This document shows, in pieces, positions 24,828-36,800 of a stretch of 64,000 nt of DNA. Source of the stretch: Raillietiella orientalis (taxonomy: Eukaryota); the NCBI GenBank assembly GCA_036172245.1, contig JAYWIR010000040.1, positions 1,736,001 to 1,800,000 of the forward strand. Direction: 5' to 3'. A model generated the notes under the pieces. It did no database searches, was not told the DNA's origin, and saw nothing but the letters and a program-made list of their open reading frames with translations. Made by a program: the position numbers and the translations under genes. Each line of letters begins with the position of its first letter. The first letter of the stretch is position 1.

Positions 24828-27800
24828 GAAAACCTCGTTTTCATCAAAAAAAAAAAAAAAAAAGAACGAGCCTTGCGACGTCCGGTTATATCAACCGCGT
24901 GAGTTTCCGATAATTTTACTAGATTATTTGATTTTTAACTTGGCAATCGTGAAATTCAGGCGGTGCGTCACGTGTTCCCTGTGTCCATAGTTGTACTAAT
25001 TTCAGAGGTCGAACCCTAAATTATTCGTTTCCAGTCACATGGAAAACGGCAGTATTTTGATCAGTGTTGCCATACAAGAAAGAAACAAAGACAAACAAAA
25101 GAAGAAGAAGAAAAAAAGGGATGCAAAACAAAAAGAAGAAAAACAAAGAAAGGGACAAATGTTCAATTTGGATATTAATATTGATTTTTTCCCCTCCTTC
25201 CGCGAAGCGCAGGTTGCACGGATTTAAAAAAAAAAAAAGGGGGGGGGGGACTTATAAAACGATAAGGTAGAGTGCGGTTGCTGCCGCCGCCGCCACTGCT
25301 GCTGCTGCTGCTGCTGCTTCACTGGGCATCGTACTCTCTTGAGCTCGTGTTGAAAGCGGCAGACTTTCGCTGTCACGAAAGACTACGAGCGAAGACGGAT
25401 CGGTGCAGCAGTGACTTCTCGTTTGAGACCCTGCATCTGTATCGCGTCGGCACGCGGACATGCAGTCATCCCCGCGACGTAGTGGGGAGAGCTGGAGAGA
25501 GAGGGCCACGCATGTAATCGGGGAAAGAGGAGGGAGGGGAGAGAAGGGGTGGGGGAATCTATCCGTTGTTACGATTGAAATGATTCTTATACGCTGCAAA
25601 GGGTCGGGAGGAGGCCAGCAATTGCACGGCCTTGCTCAGAGGCAGTGTCGTGGCTGACGAGGCTTCATCGACGTGGTGCGGTCGCTGCTGGATATTCCTG
25701 TCGAGAGAAGAGCGGTGCGGGCGCTGCAGCGACGGTCTCCCTGCAGGCGGGGGCATGCGGCGAACCACCTCGGAAGGAAGCCGCTTGTTTTGAGAGGGTG
25801 AGCAGCGCTTCGTTCACGCAGATGGAGAGGGAAACAGGGAAGGAGGAGAGGATATGAAGACGACGATACTTTCTGCAGCACATTCCCTTTCGATTTCGCT
25901 TTCGATTCGTGTATTCCATCTCTGACGTCACCTCGCAGTACTTTTTCGCAGTACCTGCCCTTCAGAGGGCGGCTGAATTCTTGTGCGCGGTGGTTGTGTA
26001 CCACGGCGTGCAGCGCACCGGATGTGGTCGATGTAAGGAACGCGCCCGGAGAAAGGAATTTCGAGTGCATCCATCGGCGTTATCATATCCGGGTGTTATG
26101 AAAACCACCGTTCCGGGCAGTTTTTTTTTTTTCCCCTTGCGGAGCGCGCGCCACGAATGCGTCAGGACAAGTCCCATTTCGAGAGAGAAAGAGAGCGACG
26201 GCCATTTTTCCTTTCCATCAGGCGATTAAATCGGAGTCCAGAGCTCCTTGATTGTCTCGGTACGTGGCTCGACTTCCGCAGAATCCGCGCTGCCGGCAAG
26301 CTCCCCCGCCCTCTTCTTTCGCGCGCAGATCTGGCTGAGGTGGCTGCCGACTGGTTCCTCGGCCGCTGCTTCAGCTGGTGACTGATTCCCCCCGAGTGGC
26401 TCTTCCTTTCCGGCCCAGGGTTCTTTGTTCCCCTGCTTCGCGCGCGACCCGAGAAAATTTTCCCCCTCCGGTGCCGGTCGCCCAGTAATTAAGAAGTTCG
26501 GGTGCGCAGAAAGCAGCAGCAGCTGCTGCTGCTCCTCCTCCTCGTCGCCTCCTCGATCCCGCTGAAGCGCTTCCACCCCCGTCCGCATCCCGCTCGGCTG
26601 GCTCGGACCGCGCCTTCTACGGGAACGCTAATGGAAAACCAGAGGGAATTCTTTCTCGAAACTTTGATTAAAGTTGCAGGGATGCCGAGGTCCCAAATGG
26701 GTGCTCGGGGGAGCAAGCCGATCCAATCAGGCTCCAGGAAGACTCCCAAAGATGGACCACAGGGTATGAACCGAATGTTATCTCGAAGCAGGAGAAGAAG
26801 GAGCTGAGGCGAGCGTGCGGCTCGCGCGCGCGCCCCCCAAAAAAAGTCCCCGAGAGCTGCGTTTATCAAAACGTTTTTCGGGGATGCGTCATACCGTTTT
26901 TGGAACAGATCTCGGAAAATCTGCCGATGCTGAACTTTTACGGGATGAAATACTAGGAAACGCACCGCGTCTTGGCAGAAGATAAGGACGTCGGGGAGTT
27001 TCCCATCCAGGAGATCAATTCTGATCTGCTGCATCCGACACGTTTTCCTTCCGCATGGGTGTCCGCTGTCTCGTTGCGTCGCGGAGCGGTCTCCTGGACA
27101 CCGGGCAAGCGTGCTGCAGTCCGGTTCCGCCCCTCCCCTTCGCCATCCTGTGACATCCACCCCCCTCCTCCGCTGATGGACTCGCCCGCTTCTGTGGAGA
27201 TGAGGTCTTCCCTGGAGCGGGCATGGGTTAAATATTAATTTTAATGGACCCTCGGAAGGAGGAAGGGGGGAGGTGCTTTTCTTGAGGGAGGGATGAGGCT
27301 CCGCGATCGTTCCGGTCGGGCCCGATTATGGGGATGATGACTGTCATTCCAGGAGAGTTATCGGGCGTCGGGACGCGGGAAGGCTCTCGACAGCGGGAGC
27401 GAGCGCTTGGCCGGTTCGAGGAGCAGCAGAGGCATGGGCTGGTGGCGTAAGTGGAAGGGGTGGCTGTGCTGCTCCCTTCGCTGACAGCTCGATGGCGGGT
27501 ATTCGCCTGGAGCGCACTGCCGGGCAGCGCGACGCAGACTGACGCCGCCGCGCCACCGCCCACGTGGAAGGACGGATGGGTCTCACGAAGAAGCGCGCGT
27601 TCCGCGGACTTGGCGACGGAGAACCCCTGCGTCTCCCCTCCTCCCTACGCCCTTCCAGGCAGCACTCTCGCGTGCCGCAGGGGAGATTGGGCTGGTCCTC
27701 TCTGGGAGGAACCTTCCGGGGTTTGCGAGCGCGTGACCCTGCGCCCCACCGCCACCCCCCACCCTGAGCCCTGCTTCTCGATCCGGGAGTCGTCCGCTGG

Positions 27801-30800
27801 GTTCCTCAATGACTGGCGTTGCCCACGGCGGGCAAGAGTGTCCTCAGACAGCAAAGGGACGTCTGCCGCTGGCTCCCCGCGCGAGTCCGGGCGCGGAGAA
27901 GGGTGCCTCGGGGAGGTGGGGGGAAGAAGGCAGCCGAGGGCCTCGGCTCGGGGTTTCCTCTCGATCAGCATTCGGGAGGATCACACGGGAGTGGGCCGGA
28001 GGGGGAAACAGGATGACCGACAGCACGCAGGAGAACCCGTAACAGGATGTTCCTTCTGGAGGCTTCGCAGGGAAGAGTCTAACCCGGGGAGACGCAGAGG
28101 AGGGAGAGATGGGGAAAAGTGAAGGAGCACGCTTCGTCGCTTCCCGTGTCCCGGTCCGGTGTGCGAATACCTCTCCCGCGAAGATGCGGCGCTCCTCCAA
28201 GGGTGGCACGAGCCGTAGAATCACCGTAGGGCAGGTGGCGTCGTCGTCGGGATTCTAGCAGCGGGGTAGGTCGGCTTCTTCTCCTCCGTCTCCTCCCCTC
28301 GTTTGTGTCCGACGCGGGACGCGCCCGTCGGAGCTCGGCGGCTCCCACTTCCCGGACGGGATGCGTCCGGGAAGTGGGAGCTGGAGGGATCTGCTTCCGG
28401 TTCTCCTTCCCTCGCCCCCTCCTCCTCCTCCCTTCCTGGCACAAGCTGCTCCTCCTGGCCACACCGCGGGCGAAGGATCGATCGCTGCTCGCCGTCCCCT
28501 TGTCCTGCGCGCGCGAGAGCAGCCTTCCCTTGATGAGCGGGAGAGCGCATTCGTGTGGGCTGACGGGGGCGTTCCGGGATGCCAACTTGGCCCGACCTCC
28601 CGCGGAAAAGGGAAAGGGGCAAGACCTCTCCTGCAAGCAGCTTGCACGCTCCGTCGTTGCACCAGCCCGAAGTAGCGGGTGGGGAAGTGGAAGAGAAGGA
28701 GGGGAAGGGGGAGGAGGAGATGGTCGCAGGTCCCCGGCGTGCGAGTGAGCTGCCTCCCTTCCGCTTGGGAGAAGGAGATGACGCCCGAAAGCTCGCGGGC
28801 CCCTGGCGGCGTCCCTCTGGTCTGCCTCTGGAGGGCCACGCCAAGCCTCCCTCCAAGGTGCCTTGCGATTCCCTTCCCCTCATCGACCGTCCTCTTCGTC
28901 CCAGCCTCCTTCAAGAGAGCGCCTGTCTCAGCAGCATGCAGACCATCTCTCCTCCTCCTGTCTTCCTCCCCGTCATTCCGAGGGGCGGCTGCTGCCGCTT
29001 CCGCGCGAAAGAGTTCTCTCCCGGCACGGTCTCTTCTACTTCCAGGTGTCCTGGATACGGCACCGCGACATCCACATCCTTACGGTCGGTCAGTACACGT
29101 ACACCAACGACCAGCGATTCCAGACGGTTCACTACAGGGATACGGAAGACTGGACTCTGCAGATCAAATACGCCCAGGTCAAGGACTCGGGCCTGTACGA
29201 GTGCCAGGTCAGCACGCAGCCCATCAGGAGCTTCTTCGTCAACCTGTCCGTCGTCGGTAAGTAGGGTAGGGAGGGAGGGAGACAGAGGAAGGGACGCCCC
29301 TCTCGCTCTCCCTGCGGTTCGCACATCGACCGGAGAAGCGGCCGCCGCTCGTCCCGGAGGCGGAGCGTGTCCCAGGCAAACGCCGCAGCCGGCACCATCA
29401 AGGGGGAGGTTCCGGGTGGGGGCCCGCGCAGGAGGGGGGACCCTCGTTCGCGTCTTCTTCTGCGGAGGCGGTCAGGAAGCTCCGAAGGCGTCACGTGCCC
29501 CGGGAGCAGCAGGAGCAGGCTCACCGAAGCTTCTGAGTCCGGCGCGGGAGGAGCGACCCACTGGATCCAAGTCTGCGGGGTTTGGCGACTTGATGCCGCA
29601 GTCTCTTCTCGTCCCTACTCTTCCACCCGTGAGTGGTCACTCTAGGGAGGGACTCGCAGTTCCCCCCGGTCACGAGTTGCTTCCCGGTCATTAAGGGAGC
29701 GCCTTCCCGAGCCACGCGAGCGCGGGAAGGAAGGAGATGCAGGTGGGAGAGGAGATGCGGCAGCAGACAATCAGAAGTCCGGAGGTTTCTCGAAAGTGAG
29801 AGTAAAGAAGGGTTGGGGAGGGGAGGAGGAGGGAAGGATCAGGTGGCCTCTGATCCCGCGGTCAGAGAGATGTGTGAATGGGGCGAGTCCCGAGGGACCC
29901 CCTTCCTGGGGGCAGGCGGAAAGCTGCAGATTCCAGCAACAGGGAGGGAAGGAAAACGCCTGCACCTCCCTCAGAGACGCTACCATCCAAGATCAGGAGG
30001 AGGCGGGCGCAGCGGTCATTCCCTAGCGCCCGCGTCCACCACTTCTCGAGAGAGTGGACGACGGCGACTTTTGAACTTCACGGCGCTCCTGAGGCAGCTT
30101 GCCTGCGGGTGGGTACGCGGGAGGGATTCGCACGCCGTTCGGGGAGTCGCCACGTGTTCACTTGGTCCTTGGGGATGGCGCCAATGGAAACTTGGCAAAC
30201 GATCAGGAGAACGAAGGATGAGATGAGGTCCACGGGAGAAAGAATCTGGAGGAATTCCGGTTTCTCGAATGGAGCAGAGCTCCCGCTTCTAGCGATGCAT
30301 GACGAGAATAGGATGAAGTTTTTCGTCTGTCTTCCTCTCGTGAAGGAAATTCACCTGGGAGACCGTTCCTCTCACAAACCTGGAAGAGTAGTGCTGCCCG
30401 CGCCTCAGATGCGACCGTCGTCGGAACTCCGTCCAGAAAAGTCTGGCACCTCAGGAGCAGAAGCACCTGGTGTAGGTCAGAACGTGACGTGGGAGACCAT
30501 TTCCCCCTCCCCTTCCCCTTCTTCCACTGGCTGGGAGCGCAGCAACTTCCCGAGACCTTCCACGCCAGAGAGCAGCTCACAGCGCTTTTGTCCTCTGCCT
30601 CAGAGGTTGAGCTAGCGGTGAGTCGCGTCCCTCCTCCCTCGAGCGCGACTTCCGTCGATCCGCTTTCCCGTCGGGAGGCAGGAGAGATCAAGGAAAAAGG
30701 GTTGAACAGTCCTCCACCCTCAGTTTCCGAGACGGGATCCTTAGAATGGACCACAGCGAGCGGCGCTTCTTTGCCCGCATCGCACACTGAGTTAGAAGAC

Positions 30801-33800
30801 CCTGCATCACGCTGCTGGTCTGCTGCTCATACTGCTGCTCCTCGTCCTCCTTTGCAGGAGCTGCACCTTTCCACGTAGCGCGCTCCGAGACAGCAGCTCA
30901 ATCACCATGCGGAAAGGAAAACGTTCCGCGAAACGCTCAATAACCAGCAGTATCTCTGGTTACCGGTCTGAGGGATTTTCGGTCAGAGGTTTCCACTCCC
31001 CACTCCCCCTCCCATTTCCATCGCTCGCAATTGTCATGGATGTCAATGTAGCGTCTCTTGTTCGAGGGACGTCCTCCAAATGCCATTCCTGGAAACTCCC
31101 TTAAATAGTCCTTGAGGTTTAATCACGGCAGCGCTCTGGCGTACCATGCCCAAAGGGGTATGCGTGACAAACAGCACAAGCTGCCATCGTGCACTTGCAT
31201 CGCAGCACCCACCCAGTCAGCTCCCCTGCGGAGTCTCCCGCACTTCAGTGGATGCGCCCATGGTCCCTTCCAGAGACAAAAGAACGTCTTCTGTCTTTCC
31301 GAATTTGCTGACAGCGCCGTTGTCGCGGATATTCAGCCCTCGCAGGACGCTCTTCCGTGGTGGTTGATTCTTCGACTCTGGAACCAAGAGGCCCCTTTCC
31401 CTCCCTCTCTCGCGGCTCAGAAAGGAAGAGGAGCGAGCTCTGGTAGGGAAACGCGCCGGACCAGCCTTCCTAGAATGAGAAGGTTCTTCTCAGACGCAGC
31501 ATCCGATCCTTTTGCACAGTACTGCGTCCTGGAGGTTGCAGTGCTGCTCAGAGAGAACCTCTGGGATAGACTCCGCGTGAAACGGCGACCTTTCGCTTCC
31601 TGGAGGCAGGGATCCCACAACGAGAAATGGAGCGCACTATAGTGCACTGTACACCCACTTGCTGGCTCTAGCGGGAGCAGCAGCGTTGCCTGAACTCGTC
31701 TTCGAGAGCCAGCGGAAGACCTTGCCATCTCTCACTCTCCCAGGACGCTTCATCACCCCCTTCCCCCTCTTCCTCATCACCGTCTCCTTAGCTGTCATCC
31801 ATTCTTCATCGTCCACGCTCCTCTTTCTTCCTACGTGCAGCCCCCTCCTCCTCCCCTTTCCCACTTCCCTCCCGTCCTTCTCTGTTGTTCCGTACGACCT
31901 TGAAGGTCTTCCTAGGCAATGCTCTTCCCGATTGATTCTCCGCGCGATTGGAGCTGCCTGCTGCTTCCCTCTCCGCTCATCCGGGATGAGGAGATGCGAC
32001 AAATTCCCCTTCCTGCCAAAGTAGACGCAGTCTCCCTCTCTGGACCCAACCCGCTGCGGACAGAGGTCGTCCGGACGTGCTACGTCAGCGAAGGCGATCG
32101 ACGAGTTAGGTGGTGCTCCGGATGGCTGGCACAGGACATCGCGTGGGAAGATCGGGAGAACTGAAGCCCCGCCTTCCTCCACTCCCTCCGCCGGCACCTC
32201 CCTCTTGTAGCAAGGGTATCGGGTCACACGGAGGCCAACTAGCTGACCGGACTGACAGTGGAATGCTCCACAGACAGTCGCCGCTCTCTGGGGCGCTTTC
32301 CGAGTGTTTCCCTTGGGCAGGAGCCTGCCACTGCAGTCGCCCCTAAGGCAACACGACGGTCCCTCCTTTTCTTCTGTGGGTCTCTGTGAGAGGCGCTGCG
32401 CTCCCCATCGCCGAGTGGCACGGAAATCCGTACGGGATAGGAGAGGGCATGGGTCGGGAAGGCTTTCTGGGGTAAACGGCAGCGGGAAGGGAAAGGTAAG
32501 GGAAAGTGGACGTTGAATTCACTGGGAATGGCTCTTTTTGCTCCGGAAGGATGACTCCCGTGATCTTGTCCCCAGTGCCCCTGGCAACGATACTGGGAGT
32601 CCCTGACCTGTACGTGGACAAGGGATCCATGATCAACCTCACATGCGTCATCCGCTTCAGCGTGGACTCCCCGGACTACTTGTTCTGGTATCACGAGAAC
32701 CAGGTGAGTCTCTGAAAGGCGCCGCGGGTGAGGGTTTCCATGACAACCAAGCGCGGGAGCGCTAATAAGAAGAGAGTGGGGAGGGGCCAGGTGAAGAATA
32801 GGGATAGGTGCCTTCCTGCTCTCGCCGCTTCGTTCAATGACTCTCCAGCTGGGTGGAAGGGGGTGAGGGAGCAGCCAGGACGTCTCCACTTCCGGGATCA
32901 TCGCTGAGGCAGTCGTCGCGTTGGGCAACGAGGCATGCGGGAGGAGAGGCGCGGGTTCACGAGAACAGGCCGCACATTCGCCTGGGGCCTTTACATTACC
33001 CTCTCTCTTTTTCTTCCCGACCAGGTCATCAACTATGACTCTCCCCGGGGAGGGGTCAGCGTCATCACTGAGAAGGGGAAGGTCACCACCAGCTACCTCC
33101 TCCTGCAGAATGCTCAAACCTCCGACTCCGGGAGGTACACCTGCAGTCCCTCCAACTCCAACTCCGCCGCCATCACGGTCCACGTCCTCAATGGTAAGCG
33201 ACTTCCGGAGCCTGCCCCTCGGAGGTCGCAAAGGGAGGGGGTGGCCACCCAACCACAAAGGGCGTCAGCGACGTTGGCAGCCGTGTGACAGGTCTCCATG
33301 TAGAGATTGGATCCTGCAACGCTTTGGTACCATCTACGCGGTATCAAAGCGTTGCGGGTTCGAATCCTCACATGGAGGATCGACACCAGAGAAATGGGCG
33401 GTGCATCGTAAGTTTCGAGCCCCCCTCTCCCCTCCCCGCACGCAGGATGACTCTGGTTGGCCTATTCGCGATGGAGGTTGACCTTCTGGAGTACTTCCAG
33501 GAATTAGGGAGTCGGTTCCTTCGGGGTTCTCCCCCGGTTGGGCAAATGAAGCCATCCTTCCCCCCTCTCCCCGAGCGGACGCCCCCCATCTCGGACCGAC
33601 TAGTTGGTGGATCGACACCTCTCCAAAGTGTGAAGAAGAGCGCGGCTCCCTTCGGCAATCGCGCCCTTCAGAGAAAACTGAGAAGAGTCCCTTCGGGGTC
33701 CTCTTCGGGAGGAGTAACAAGGAGCAGTTCCCTTGCAGGTTCCTTCCGGAGAAGAATTGAGGGGCTCCCTCCGGGGGTTCCCCTGGAGAGAATAAAGGAA

Positions 33801-36800
33801 AGGGTCCCTCCAAGCTTCCCTTTCAAGAGTAAGAGGGGAACGGACCCCTTCCTCCGGAGCCCTTCCTGGATTCATGGGGTGATCCCTGAGGGGTTGCCCC
33901 CTAACTTAAAGAGTTGCACGCACCCTCGACTGGCGTGGACAGCGTTGAAGAGCTTTGTGACCCCCTCTTCTTCAGGAGGCGAACGGTGCTTCAGTACTTT
34001 GCTAACCAAAAAAAGAAAGTGCGTCGGCGAGGGAGCCAAAGTGAGAGGCTCGACTGCCATCCGTCTCAGAGGCGGCAGCAGCTTCCGTCTCCCTGCTGCG
34101 GCTCTTCGAAAGGCGGCGGCTGCGGTCTCGTCGTCCGTTGTTAGCCTGGGTGGCGTGCAGTCCGCTTGCCTTGCGGGATCTGGGCGGTTCCTCCTCCCCT
34201 TAGGCCTAATCGTCACCGCCACCCTCATCATCTCTGTTCCTCGCATCCCTCCGCATCCTCATCCTCGTGCTCCCGGGAATGACGGCAGGACTTCTTCGAA
34301 AGGGGAGTCCGCAGCTCTCCCTCGAAAGGTGGGGTGTCGTATCTCTCTTATGCTCTCCCCGGATTCTTTCGCCTGGCGGAGATGGGGAGCTCAGAGATTC
34401 TCCCAGAGGGTCTCAGGGTGAAAGGGAGGGACCGTCGTGCTGTCTCAGGGTCGGCTGCCGCGATGGGCTCCAGCCCAAGGGAAGTGCCCCGGAAAGTGGC
34501 GATCGTTTTGTGGAGCATTCTGCGGCCAGTCAGGTCAGCTTTCCGGCCTCCGACACCGTTGCTGCGAGAGAGAGGCACCGGCGGAGGGGGCGGGGCTTCG
34601 GTTCGCCCGATCTCTCCACCCCTGCGCAGGCTTCCCGGAACATCGCTGGGGGAGCGGCAGCGATACGATGCTCCTCTCCGGCATAAGTCGCACCTGTTGG
34701 TGCAAGCCTCCAGGAGCGCCGCCCCGGTTCCTTCTCTCTCGCTTCGCCATTCCCTTCCTCCAGGGCATTAGGTCGCTTCCCTCAGGGCTCGCGCGGCTTT
34801 GCTCCTGCAACCGCGTGCTTGAATGTGCGAGTACATGCAGTGCCTCCACTGCAGCCTTCCCCGTCACGAGGACTCTGACACAAGCACCGGCTGCGAGCTG
34901 TGATCCCGACGGGCAATGCCCTGCGGGGGCTTTCTCTGATTGCCTGTCCTCCGCGGGACTGGAATCGGCTCGAGAGCGCTCCCCTGCAACCATAAATCCA
35001 TCGAGCTGACTCGGGTGGGGAAGTCGGGTGGGTCGAAAGGTACCAGCGTGCCTTGGTCTCATCTTCTCAAGGTCGGCTCCTCAGTAGTGCTTCCTGATCC
35101 TTGGCCGCTCATCTGGACCGGAAGGTCTGGATGATATGGCCGCTTCCCTACGCATCTCCGGAGTCCTCAAACCCCCGGGACGTTCTTCTCCCCCAGGGAG
35201 ATCGCACTCGTTGCTCTCCCTGGGGGCATCCGTCCCTCTTGTCTCCGAGGAAGGCTTCCTTCCGCTCGATTTGCTGAAAATCGGCAACTTTCTGGTCTCA
35301 GGCTCTATCGTGAGCTTTCCTCCCTTTCGGCATCCAGTTTCAATTCTTATCCTTCAGCAAGGCTCCTCGCGAACGACCACGCTTTTCCATTTCCCTGGGA
35401 CTGGATTCCCTCGGCAGCCACCTCTGTTCCAAGGGAGGCAGTCCCAGCGCGCGTAGGTGGGTTGCTACCTTCGAGAGAGGGCATTTTCCATGCTCTGACG
35501 CTGAGAGAACGTCACTCGGTCCACCACCGCGCTCCGCGCTTCCTTGCTTCTTCTTCCTTTGCGGAAGAGTGACAACGACCTCTTCGCCTCCGAGACGGAC
35601 CGCGCGGGACGACCCTAGTCGGCGCTACCTTGGGGGCGAGGCGGTGCTTTCCCTTCCGAGATCTCTTGGAGCATATGTGTAGGAGGCTGCGTCACCTGTT
35701 GCCCGGAAGCTCAGTGAGGAGCGATGTCACTCTACTTCGGTGTTGTCTCTGAGTGCCTTGGCCCTCTCGTCAAGCGGGGTAGCCAAGACACTTCCTTCGG
35801 GAACCACCTCTGTTCCCATTCGCGTCTTTCGGTGCCACGATGTAGCTACGCTCAAGCGCCCCTTCTTCCTCGGATGCGACAGACCATCGTTTGCTTCGCA
35901 GGTCGGCCGCCTGGTTTCCATGACTCTGAGCTTCTTGCTCTCCTCTTTCGAGCACGATATCACAGCCCTCCTATATCCGCCTTCGGTGGCCACGACAGGA
36001 CCGCCACACGAACCACCCAAGTCCAGGCGGACGTCTTTGAGTAGCGTCTGCCCTGCCGAGAGAGACGGAGTCCGTTGGAGGGAGCGGAAAAGATAAGCAG
36101 CAGACCGAAAGCTCGCTCCCTGCACCCATCCGAACGGATGGGCGCAGGGCAAGACTTCTCCATCACTGGCCTGGGGAGGTCCCTGCTACCGCACGGAGAA
36201 CTCCCCAGGCAGCGGTCGATTTTCGGGCCGCTGCTTGAACTCGTTGCAAATGCCGGTTCGCTCGAGCCACCTGCCGGATTTCAGCGCGAACTTGGCAAGC
36301 TCCAGAGGCAGTGTCTGGGATGTGCAGACCACACTTGTCTGCATGCAGCTGGGGTGGTCGCATCACATCTCACTTACAGTGGAAATTCGAGAGACACGGG
36401 GCCGCTGGGGGGGCGATCCTCGGCTTCTTTGTCAGCTCCGGAGCCTCAGGGAAGGAGTTCAGGTGGCAGCGCCGACTGCAAACGATCTAGAAAGAGAGGG
36501 GAGAAAGGGGGGGGGGACGTTTTGAGTGGATTCGCCCCTCGTGCCGCCGTCCAGCTTCTCTCGGACCGATTCTTCCGCACGCACGGATCCGCCGAAGCTC
36601 TCAGCTCCTCAGATCCGTGAAAGGGGGCGAGCGTGCCGGCTCGCCCGCTGCCATCTGTGGCGGAAACTCTGGACTCGCTACCTTGCGTCTCCGGAAACCG
36701 TGGGCGATTTCACGGTGGGGAGCAATACAAAGGAACCGACCGGCCGATGATCATGGAAAGTGCATCTCTTTGAGTGCTCTTCATCATTGCGGTCATAAAG

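Noticed and set aside
27780..30250. Opposite-strand LINE relics flanking exon B as circRNA-promoting elements
   Set aside because: The relics are too diverged for me to see any real complementarity.
33345..33380. tRNA gene suggested by GGTTCGAATCC
   Set aside because: I could not build a cloverleaf; the motif lies inside an interspersed repeat.
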